A stretch of 62,298 nt of DNA, counting the filler, from Choristocarpus tenellus KU-1152 (lineage: Eukaryota; Protista; Phaeophyceae), in NCBI GenBank assembly GCA_964200185.2. It is 6 parts of 6 records of this genome, joined end to end, with 100 filler letters (N's around TTAATTAATTAA, not from the genome) between each part and the next. Parts side by side here need not be neighbours in the genome. Positions count along the whole stretch, not along the records: positions 1 to 18,543 come from CAXNAD020000541.1; 5 more parts are not named here. One strand, 5' to 3'. Both the position numbers and the translations under genes were made by a program. Shown one piece after another: positions 1 through 12,200 of the stretch. The number at the start of each line of letters is the position of its first letter. Positions within the stretch are counted from its first letter, which is position 1. The notes below the pieces were generated by a model. The model had not been told where the DNA came from, ran no database searches, and worked only from the letters and a program-made list of their open reading frames with translations.

Positions 1-82
1 AACTGTCGCCTTTTCTTTTTTTTTGTCAAATGGCCGCCTCGGTTTGCCCCCCCCCCCCCCCCCCCCCCAGATACTTTGGGTC
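1..82. mobile_element. MITE family B, terminal part
   Basis: Poly-C followed by AGATACTTTGGGTC, the same terminus as the copies at 52913-53088 and 54803-54979. Confidence 0.7.
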
Positions 83-263
83 ACCAACGTGTACATGAAG
101 TGCTTGGAGCGAGCATTTGGTTTTTCACAGTCCTGTGATGTAGCGCAGAGCTCTGATACTGCATGGAGCACTCTGGCATTTGCAACCCCATCAAGTCTTC
201 CACGGGATTATCCCGGTGCAAATTTTGGACTGACTTTGCATACCAACCTGCTCTGTTGCACAC

Positions 264-3200
264 CTGCATCCGAGTTGCGCCATAGTGTCGAGCAGTCCTT
301 CTTTTTGTTACAAGGTTTCTCGCCATGGAAGCCCTCCAGACTCGCTGGATATGACCACTGGCGGCTTGATGCTGACGCAGCAGTTCAAACCAACGACGTG
401 ATGCGTGCCCCCGCCAGTTGCGTTGGACAACCTGAGAAGCCCATACCATCCGCAACCTGAAGAGGCAAGGGAAGGAGGTTGAGTTTAGCTGGAATTTTCA
501 AGTGGATTCGCTCAAGAATACTACACTACTGGAAGTCGGGAGGCTCAGTTTTAACCTCAGTCCTGTCCCTCATCCCCAAGGCCACACAGCAAACACAAAT
601 CTCCTAAGTGAAACATGCCTGTCCTTCAGCTCAGGCATACCTCTCAAGAAACCGGAGACGCCCCTGCCACCCTCTAAATATTCGCTGTATGTACACCACA
701 GCTCTTTCCTTCTTAAGGTTCTCCACCGATTTATAGGCAAGGTATCTTCGTAGTACCCCCTGCACCTTTCTTGCAGCATTATCTAGTCGAATCAGCCGCT
801 TACGGTTGCGCTTGAGCCTCCAAGTCATGTACTCCTTTACCTGGTCAAAATGGTTATGTATGTAGTATTTATGTTGTGTGACGGTTGGTGCAAGTGAGAG
901 GCATGTGGTGGGATCATGTAGGAAGAAAACAGTAGACAAGGAGGTCATGACCCACCAAACGGCGTTCTTACTGGGATTTGTCAAGTTTCTGTTTGTCAGT
1001 ATCTGAAATTTGAAAAAGGTCAAAATGTATTTGGGATTGGATAGGTAACTTATTTTCTATTTTTCTGGAACGCAAGTATTTCAGGTTTGTATCACAATCT
1101 CACTTGGGTAGTGCAAGCTTGCAGAAGGAATAATGTGTACTCTACATGACAAATCGATGTTAATAGCTGATGGCAAGCTTTGGTCTTTGCCCCTAGGAGT
1201 TGAAGATCTAGTGCAATGGGGTACATTGCTTTGAAGTCCTTTGAAGTGTATATTTCAACCAAATGAGATACCTTTGTACCATGTCCTTACTAGTCAATTG
1301 CATATATATATATATCATAGTATTTTATAATGAATGTAGTTGCTGGTCACATTACTCGAAAGGGTTCCAGATCCATGGACAAAGGGTGATGCAAAGGAAA
1401 AGCAAGAAACAAACAAAAATAATAATCAAAACAAAGTGAAGGAAGAAGAAAGGAAAAAATGTGGGTAGGGATACAACAGTATCATGAGCTTTACTATCTC
1501 ATTTAGCACTCAGAAGCAAGGAAGTTGCTAACTACACCTTCGTGAAAATCCCCACTACTGCTGCCACACAGATTTAAGCATATCCTATTGCCTACAAGTA
1601 AGTGTCAGTCCCGAACTGACAACGCCACAGACCAAAGAACATCACAACCCACGACAATTGGCAAACTCAAAACGACCAACTACTACCACTACCCACTGTC
1701 ACATGCTCTAACTACTTAGTACCAAGCCGCTCTATATATTCTCTATACATCAAGTAAACATCGATAGAGCCTGTGCCTCAGACACGTGCACCCATTCCTG
1801 TCTCACGAAAGGAAGGAACATCATGATATCAGCTGCAATATATGCGAAACCTATATGAAACCAAAAAAGGGGTTCATTTCGGTTTGTGATGATAACTAAC
1901 ATCCAAGCATTTTCGGATCGGTGTGCCGGACAAACCTGATAGCTTTGAACTAATTGAGTTGAACCAGCTCAGAACACAACTCTAGAGATTAGGGTGCCAA
2001 GTCACGATCATTGTCATTATTCTTGCCTTTTTTTCCTGTGCCTAGATTGTACTTGTTGAAGTCGACCTTTCAAGGGCATGCAGTAATCACACTACTCAAC
2101 ATCCCATTCCCAAAATTGAGTGTAGTAGAATCGAAATCGTTAATGTGTTTTTCAAAGTACAAATTAGAGCTGTTCAAAAACTGGCGCAAACTATGTATTT
2201 TCTGTAAATGCATGTAAATTCGATAAAACCAATCTGAGTTGAAGTACACCAGAAACCTCCACCAGAGGGCGTGAGAGTAAGCCCAGCAAACACTTGCATG
2301 CAAACCAACACCTCTCTTACCTCAGGGAACTCTTCTGGCTCTGGGTAAACCCTGCTTCCTTGACCAAATCCATACACAAGATTGCCCTGGCGCTCAAAGG
2401 CAGGATGTGTGGCATCCAGGACTGTCCCCATCATATTATCCCGACCAACAGTCCCGATGCTCCCCTGGGATGCATGAATGCCTCCAACTCCTCTACCCCG
2501 CCCCAGTTGTCTTCGCTGCATGGAACGACCTGCACTCCACCCTCCATTAGATGTGCCTCCGTGCCCTATCCCTTGGTGGGATGCACTGGAGGTTGCAGTT
2601 ATCACCCCTTTCCGATATTCTTCCCATGTCGAGCCGTAAACCTCGGCTTCATACCCATCCCAAGTAGTATCCATCACAGACTGGTCCATGCGCTTGACCT
2701 CGCCCAATTTCCCCTCCCCCTTTCCCCTCTTGCCTCCCTCCTCTTCTGCCAACTCCCTAACCCTCAGAGCCTTCTGCATTCTTCTTCCTGTAGGAGAAAC
2801 TTCTTCAGCAGAGGCTGACCGCAGTTTGTTTCCTATAGCCTTGTGGTCGGCATCGGCCTGAATTTCGTCCATAGTCTCCAACACTTTGTCGATGTAATCA
2901 TCCTCCAAGACTCTGGGACCCTCCCCACTTTTCTGGGCACTGCTGGTTCTGTTGCTGGCACCGATAACGCCTCTCTTTGCATGATTCTCATATCCCTGCA
3001 CCTGTCCTTGACCCTGCTTTTGGGGTCCATCCTGTCCATTACCTAGACTATGGCCTGCCAACCCAGGATTGCTCATGGCATATACAACGTCATTGCTCTC
3101 GTGGTATCCTGCCACCATCTGCTCTAGTAGCATTGTTGCTTGACCCTTAGCCTCCTGAAAAATTTCATGACCTGCATTCATCCAGACTACACAAGTTTTT

Positions 3201-6200
3201 TGGGGGTCATTCAGTACCTGCACAACAAGAAATTGAGGAAACAGAGCAGGAGGAGATTTAAAACAATGGCAGGGAGTGAGTGGGGAGGTAGAATGTGGAA
3301 TATGGAAGAAGAAATCTAGATACCATTGTAAGGGTATGGGAAGGGAGAAAATATGTAGCATGCAAACAATTCAAGGATCTGAGAAATACAACATCAGGTC
3401 TCCATATAGAGGATGGCAAGAGAATATAGTGGTTGGGGGTAGCTGGAAGGGAAGTAAAGAGGTAAAAATATTCTAAACTTAACGGTGTATGGCAGTTCTC
3501 AGGCAACCAGCTGCATGTAATAGTTGCCAACATACTATAGCTCCATTCCCCTCTTCCCCCAAAATCTCTTGTAATATTTGACCACAACCACTATAGCAAA
3601 ACTTGCTCATTCTCTGCCACAACCTAACCTTCCATCAAAAACTCCTCTGACAATCTTACTATCCTCCTCTGTTCACCTGCTCAGCTGACTATAAATATGC
3701 CCGTCCATGAACAAACTCATCCACCCCTGCATGCCCATCTGCATTCCTTGTTCTCCCACCTTGTGGATGGACCTAACCTCTCCACCACGGCGCGTTACAT
3801 AAGGGTCTGTGTGTAATGGCTTCACAAGGTTGTTCTGTGTGCTTTGAACACACACCACAGGCACATCTATCTCTTTCAGCGCCGGGCGTGTATCGACGTG
3901 AGCAAGGGTGCCCTTGCAGAGCTGCACCCTCCCCTTAACAGTGATAGGGTTGTGAACAGCAGTGTAGATGTTGAGGGCCAAAGGAGTAGACACCTGGCAG
4001 GAAGTGGGGGGAGGTAGCAGTAGCGGAGAGAGGGAAATGTTATGAGAAGATGGTGAGAGAAATGGAGAGGGGGTAGTGTAGTAACCCCGCACTTGGTTGT
4101 CTTATGCGCAGATTGCACCTTCGCTGTGGCGTTCCGATCCTACGGTCTGTTCTCAACTGCTTCGAAGCATTAGAGGACTATTTCATTGTAAAGAGTAAAC
4201 ACTGAGTAGGTTTGAAGTCATGCACAGTGACAAATCCAACCAGGAGAAAAAATGCCAGTGTTTTCCGTACAATAAACCACCATACAGTGTGACGGGAGCC
4301 AATGTACCCAGCTCCCTCTGTACAATATAATATAACCTCTTTATCCACCCCCTCTTGGAATCCAAAAATCCCCCTTGGTATCCACCATACCCTTCATCGA
4401 TAAGATACCAGAAACTGTTTTACCGTATGAGTGAAAGTATCTTAGAGGGTACGGGTTTTGCCCTGTTTATCCATTTGGGGCTTGGCTTCCCATGGGATTT
4501 TATAGTGATATTTTCCCACTCCAAAATATTTCGGAGTAGGTAAAATGTATACGTTATGAAAAGGTGTGTCTGGAACAAGGATATTGACACTCCCTAACAA
4601 ACACTTTAGCCAAAATTACATCAAAATCGCAACATTGGATTTTGGNNNNNNNNNNTGGCCCTCAAATGGACGCGGCTCTACCCTCTAAGATACTTTGGCT
4701 CGTATCAACGATATCAATGATTTCCTTTTGGGGTAGAGTGGAACTCATTTGACTCATTGTTCCACAGTCCAAGTCCCAGGGCACTCACGCTTTTCGACCC
4801 GGACATCATTCACATTTGAGATGGGAGTCTTTGACGACTCTTCCAGGTCAGCATTTGATAAACTACCAAACGTGAAGGAGGGGGTCAATCTTGCACACTT
4901 TTGCCCCCTTCAGCAGGGGTTCTCTCTGGGGGGTCGTTTTCTCATAATGCCTTGTTATCTTTTGCCTCTTATGGTACAGTATTTAAGAGGAAAGGATAAG
5001 AACTGTAGCTGTGCCCAATTATAGACCTCCTGTCAACACTGCAGGCTGCTCTCTATGCCATGGCTCTATCCCCCTTGCCACTGCCTCCAAGTTCATCCCA
5101 CCCCCACCAGCCACGTTCACCTCCACCCTAATGTTACCTTGCATGCACTATTATACCCTAACCCTCTGTCGCTCCCCCTACATTTCCTTGATAGCTCCTC
5201 TATTCCCACCAAAATTCGTTGCCTCCACTCCATCCCCCACTCCATACTTATTTCAATGCTTCCCACCCACATCTCCATGCGCACCAGATCGCACCTCCAT
5301 CCCTCCATCCACACTCGCATAGCCAGCTTCACGCTTGATTACTTCACACCCAAGCCCATACCTGAGCTAAATAAGCAGCGCTGAAGAGGAAGCGTGTGTA
5401 GAAGTAGACTGGGAGATCAGGTCTGGCTTCTGGGGAGCAGGAGAAGACATTAGTGCAGTCATGCATCACTCCAGCCAAGTACGCATCAACATATGAGAAA
5501 GAGTTCAGCAGCAGGAGTGAACGAAGGGATGAACCACTCGAGAAGTGGCTAGCATGGAAGGTTGCCACTGCGCCACCATTCCCAAATCCGACGAGATGAA
5601 AAGGTTGCCTGGAGTTGAACTCTCCTTTTGAGAATGATAAGGTGGTGGGAAGAGGGGAACAAGGGTGGGATGACGGCATTCAAGAAAATTAGGGAAGGAG
5701 TAGATATATGTTGGGTACATAGCTGGCTTTATGACACTTGGACAACGGGGCATACCTGAGGTGCATGTGAAATTAATTATAAAGTTGTTTACTTCAAGTA
5801 CCGAATTAAAATAATTCTAGAAATTGACTGACCACATAGATATGGGTTCTGCATCTCCATGGGGTTGGAAAATCAGAGACTATCACACCAATCTCCTCTA
5901 CTTCAACTTTATTGGTTAATCCTCAGGTAGTAACACCTGACTCAGATCATGGCAATAGAGGTGCCTTAAACCCTCCTTTGTTATGGAAGCAATGTGTAAA
6001 GAGTGAGGTGGTAAGGTAAATTGAAATTGAAGGATTGGTAGTGTGGTTTTGAACCAGAGAAAGATGATGAGTTCTACTGTGAAAAATGAAAGTACTTTGG
6101 TGTGGGAGCCGTGTTTTGAAATGATCGGTTGGAACCATAGATTTATAGTGTCTTCTGTTTGATTAGCATGTTGAAAATTCTATACTTGCCTGTTGATATG

Positions 6201-9200
6201 AATATTTGTTTCTTTTGGTGGTGTTGTGGTTGATTGTGAGCACGGATTTCAGTGCTACATTACACAGCAGCAATAATGCACCCGATACCTAATGCGGATT
6301 ATTCCACAGTCCTTCAGCCCTGTGGCCCTTACCTGTGCCCCTGTCTTCTTTGCTGCCAACGTGGAGGATAAGATGCTGCAGGACATTTGCTAAGTACTCA
6401 TTGTTGAGGAGCTGCTCCTCGCGCCATTCACTAAAGGCTTGTCCTGGGTAGTTCCACAACAGGGCCTTTGGTACAAGGATCAAGGTTGGGGTTGGGGTTC
6501 AATAGAGGACTTGGTATAACAGGGACTGGCATCTACATGATAGTCACGGTCAGGTAGTAGGACGTCATCTGGAGTTAGTGTGGGCATGGAGGAGCATTTA
6601 TCAGATGCAGGATGGAGAGGTTTAGAATAGAGAGAGATTGAGGAAATGAATTGTGTTGGGGTAGGGAATATGGCTTGATTCTGGCAACTGCACAAACCAA
6701 CTGTTACAAGTGAGGGTGTCATATAGTCCAATGGGGCTTAGAATGTTCTGGTGCCTTTTAAGAGATGTCTGGACACGGCACAGGCCCTGGAAAAGACTAC
6801 AAGAAAGCCTGAAAGAATGGTGAGAACTGGAGATGATTGGGAGGGGGGCAAGTTGGGGACAATCAGGAAGGGGGTAGGGGGACAACAGGAACGACTAACT
6901 CCTCCTTGTTGATTTATTGACAAAGCATATCCTCTCTGGAGATAGAGGCCTTACACTGAAACATCCAAGATTGTTTTCCAACACAGGAGCTTATTGTTAA
7001 TGATGGGAAAGGCACCTGTGTTCCAGGGTAACGGGCCAGCACAGGCTTGAGTATGATCTTCATCCTCTCGTAGGTGTCAAACATGTCATGACAAACCACC
7101 AGGTTAAAAAACCTCCCCTTACCTCCAGCTGGTGGCATCCCAACAACACAATATGGCACGGATGTGTCGGCATCAATCTGTGAGTGGCTCATGGGGGTAA
7201 GCAAGGAGAAACAAAGGCAGGTTGCATGGTGATCAGCAATGGAGCAGGTTCCAAAATGGGAAGGAACTTATTGAAGGGTGATAGGTGATCATTCCTTTGA
7301 TTGTTTTAGCTGCACTGTGCTTGTCCCAACTAACACCTACAGACACGGGCACAACACCTGCTGTTCCCCTTGTCAACAGGCCCTGCTCTAAACCATTCCT
7401 GACTAGTATCACCATCACAAGTGATATGTACTCTTTTTGTGTGACTACAATAGTCATATTCTAGGCTCCGACTTACTTTCCAGGTGTGGTACATACAACC
7501 ACGCAACACACAATATCCACAGGAGCAAAAAATAGCCCCTGCCTCCTTGATCATCAACAAGCCTTATTTGATTCACATCCCATAACACATGCATAACATG
7601 TACATGCACATACTAACCCCACTCACCCGCAATGCCCCCTCCACACTGCCCAAAGACAAACTTCTAGCCGGCAGGGCCATACCCTCAGCTGCAGTTGCTG
7701 CCGACCCTGTCAGGATTCCCAATCCATTTGAGCGGACGGCCTTACTTGCTCCAAAGCAAACTCCCCCTTCCACTCGACCAGCCTCTCCCAGAAGGGTCAA
7801 GTGCCTTGGGACTGCCGCACGAAGGGTACTGAGGAGTGGGCCGGGCTCCAGCGGCTTCGAGACACAGCCATCCATGCCAACAGCCATATAGGAACGAAGG
7901 TCATCAGGGTTTGCCCGGTCTGTGATGCAAATGATTGGGAGGTGCCGTACTTCGGCAGGCTCAGGCACTGATGACGGAGCTGGGAAAGAGGGCAACAACG
8001 GAGATTGGAGAGGGGTCAGGACCTGCTACCTCAGTTGCTTGATTTCGTATCACAATACTTGTTGTGGACATAGCATTGCAACCCTCAAATAGAGTTGCTA
8101 CTCCTCACACCTATGAAGAAATCATCTGTTCATATATTTTTTTTCAAGGCAAGCTGTGCTCCATGATGTTGACTGCACGAATTTCCCATGTTGATAGGCG
8201 AAAAAATATACATTCAGTTGGTGCTCCCTGAAGGGAAGTCATTGAAGGACATTTTTGAGGCACTTGATTGCAGGCATCTTGGTGAACACTTGATTGTTAA
8301 CCAAAGGGACATGTATCGGTCTTGAAATATGGACTAGATTTCCCGATCAGACTACAAAGCTACTTTATCCCCACAGAAAGAACCCTCAATATTCCAAGTA
8401 CTCAAGAAAATCATTCCTGGGTAAGTACAACAAAGATTAAAGTGTTCGAAATTGTGTCATGTTCAATGGGTGACAATTCGAACAAGAAGCGTTCAAAGCA
8501 ATTGTGCTAGCATCAGCCTATGGACCGCACAACATGGATCTAGTTAAGATGAATACAGACCCAATTTCCCAAGCACACACATAACCATACATACAACCAC
8601 CCACCCACATGCCCAAGGACATGATCATACAGGTATAAGTATCAGCAAGGAATAGTAGGTCTCCAAACTGCCTCCACCTTACTCTTTCTCCTTCCGATCT
8701 CCTCTCATATTTTCTGTCCAGTAAGGAAAAATAGCATGGATTTACCTTGCCCTGAGTCTTTCGCTCTTGTTTTGTCCATCTTTTGATACTCCTCAACTTT
8801 ATTAGCCCGTAGGCTTGCTGCACGGTTTCGCTGGGTCTTCTCAAAGTTCCGAACTGTTGTGGTGACCCCGAAGCCATCCATGACTGGGAGGTCTCTATCA
8901 ACTAGTAGCACATCCCACTCTCCATCGCCAGCAATGACAGCTTCCACCACCTTCGAAACATCACCGCAGGAGTCAGGGATAGGGGAGATGGTGGATAAGT
9001 GAACTCAGAGTGACTCCACATCATCAATTTAATTGTCATTGTTCCCCTTCAGACAACTTCATGACCGGGTTTACTATTTGTGATTCTTAGATTAACAATG
9101 AATTGCACACTGGCATCCAAACCAGACCCAACTTCTTATTTCTTCCTATGAAGTTTGTGAATTTGAGTCAGAGTTCCAAACAGGTGCTTACATGCCCTTG

Positions 9201-12200
9201 CACAATTGTAATCTTCTAGGCTATTCTGTACTTGTCCAACTCAGCATGGGTTCTTGATAGAGAACGCATCATCACACACCCAGTGCTCCTTAGACGCATT
9301 TGGCAGGAACAGGAAAGGTTGGGACAAGCCTAATTCAGACTGACCCAAAGATTTTAAGAGGGTATGAGTTTTGCCCTGTCTGTCCGTTCAGGGATGGTTT
9401 CCCACTGGTTTTTCATGCTCTTTTCTGTTTTGTGTGTGTGCACAGTTACCTAAAATGTGTATGTCTATGAAAGGTGTGTCTGGAGCAAGGATTTTGACAC
9501 TTGCTAACAAACACAATAACAAAAACTCATCAAAATTGCAACATTGAATTTATGATCCTGAACGGACACGGCTCTACCATCTTAAATGCTTTGACTCGCT
9601 TCAAGGCTACACATGCAAAGTAATTCCAATCACCTGTTTGCCATCACCATCAACAGTGACCAAGTACCCCTCTTCCTCTAGCACATCCTTTGTTTTCATT
9701 GCCAATGCTGGGTCTCCCTCTGCAAGGAGCACTTGGGCATGGTATAGCTGCCTGTCTGACTGCTTGGAGATCCGGGAATCCAAGTGATCATTAAGGAAGC
9801 AGGAGGAGGTTGCAGGTCAAATGTATTCTACTGACTTGATGAGAGAGTGCAAATATCTTAGGGTTAGGGTACGAGTTTTGCCCTGTTTGTCCGTTTGGGG
9901 CTTGGCTTCCCACGGGTATTTGATAACATTTTACCTACTCCGAAACATTTCAGAACAGGTAAAATGTATATATTATGAAAAGGTGTGTCCCAACAAGGAT
10001 ATGATACTTCCTAACAAACACGATAGCCAAAATTACATCAAAATCGCAACATTGGATTTTGGCCCCCGAATGGACGCGGCTCTACCCTCTAAGATACTTT
10101 GGCTCAGATACACCACCCCCTAAACGTAGCAGGCTGCTTAATCTATTGGTAGGAGGTTTACCTTTCTTGGTACCCCCACAACCTCAGCAAGGGTATTGAC
10201 ACTTCCTAACAAACTCGATAGCCAAAATTACATCAAAATCGCAACATTGGATTTTGACCCAAAGTGTACACGGCTCTACCCTCTAAGATACTTTGACTCT
10301 TGAAGATGCTCTCATTGTCCCTTTACTGCACCTACCTCCTCCTCCTGGGAGATTTTCTTGATGGCGTCAGTAACCACTATGTCATGGCCCAGCTGCCTTT
10401 TGTGATTCCTAGACTTCTTTACAGCTTTGGCTGCTCTCCCCCGGAGGTAGTCGTCGAGATCCTCAAACTGTCTACCTGAGGGAAGGATTGGTTCCAGGCT
10501 TCGCCCAGCCGGGTAGTTACTTTCCTCCAGGCGACCTCGCCATGTTCGACCCTTACCAGGCACCTGGCCCTGGCCTTCAGGACTGAGAGTACTGGATGCC
10601 GGCATGGGCCTGTCACCCTGACTTTGTGGGTGCACAGGCAATGAAGGGCGACTGAAAGATTGGTCAATGTCCTCAAAGCTTACACTCAATGGACCCTCCC
10701 TCTCCCCTTCATCCTCCACCATTTCACTTCTGCCCTCCCTCAAGCTGCCTGAGCAGTGACGTCTCCGCTGTCGATGCCCAGGAGTGGCAGCCCTTGCTGG
10801 GTCAAGGTATTCAGAACGCTCATAGGCTGCAGTCTCTGCTTTTTGCTGGACTGCTTGTTGGGCCAGCACAAGGCGAGCTCGGTCCAGAAGTGTGTATACC
10901 TTTATTGCAAGACCCAAAACAAAGGGGGTAGAGTGATGGTTGAGGCGGTTATCTTGTGGTGAGAGGTGAGAGACAAAGATCAAGCACAGTGATGGGCAAA
11001 GGACAGTAAGAGACCACAGAGCAACCTCTGATCAACCCTTTGTCCAAAGAGATGAGCACAAGGCATGTGTGGTCCCTGCACAGGGGAGGAGTGCTACATT
11101 AGACCTCTCAACTATTTATGATGTATCACCTTTTTACTAATAATTGACACGCATCTTAGGTTACATAGCAGAATATATTTCAATGTGTTGTAGTGGAGTG
11201 AAAGTATCTTAGAGGGTACGAGTTTTTCTCTATTTGTCCATTTGGGGCTTGGCTTCCCATGGGTTTTTTTATGACATTTTCCTACCCCAAAATGTTTCGG
11301 GGTAGGTAAAATATACACGTTATGAAATGGTGTGTCTGGAACAAGGATATTGACACTTCCCAACGAACGCAATAGCCAAAATTACAACAAAATCGCAGCA
11401 TTGAATTTTGGCCCCAAATGGACATGGCCGTACCCTCTAAGATACTTTGGCTCAGTGGGGAAGCTTCTCTCACCTGAAAACATGTGCTACAGACGCGAAC
11501 TGACGTGTAGTAATTCTGTGCCCCACCCGCCAGGAGGTCATCCTCTCTTTTGCGAGCATGCTGACGCATCAAACTAGCTTCAGTCTCCTGGAGAACACGT
11601 GATATGCTGCCATTGATGGGAAGTGCACTCATCGCCCCACCAACCCCTTGTTCCTGTTCCACTATGATATCAGAGTGAGCCCCCTCCCGTTGGAGACCCT
11701 GTTCTGGACCAGGGACTACACCTCCACCTGCCGCCTCAACCCTCTTCCTTTCCTGCCGGGCTAGTAGAATACTCCTAAGGATCACTTCTGCCCACTCCTT
11801 CCCATCTCGATCCTTGAGCCCCCCAGCAATAGGATCAATTCCTGTTCCATGGGCGGATTGAAGTGGCAAGAGTTCTGATCCCTTTGGGACTTCCACCTCC
11901 ATGACCAAGCCCTCGTCAATTTGGCGACGGAACTGTGCATCCCTTCGCAGGGCAGAGAGTTCTTGGGCACTGAAGAGTCGTATGGCAACCTGGAGAGCGG
12001 AGTGCATGGATCATCCTATTGCCGTTGAGGAGAAATGGGACAATGACAAAGGGGAAGAAGCAAGAGGAGGAGAATGGGACGATGCTTTATTTCCTGTGGG
12101 AGGATGCTATTGCGCTATAGCTAGGTATGGGTTTCTCAGTAGGCAAGAAAATTGTCTTCAATCTAGACTGAGAATTGATGGCTTCCCTCAACTATCACCT

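Noticed and set aside
2294-2818. Long ORFs antisense to coding exons (also 23-460, 12650-13236, 48794-49648)
   Set aside because: Shadows of GC-rich coding sequence on the opposite strand.
9821-11577. Recurring ORFs such as KIATLDFGP...ALPSKILW and GSVNILV.DTPFHNVYILPT
   Set aside because: Chance translations of MITE family A copies, not a protein family.
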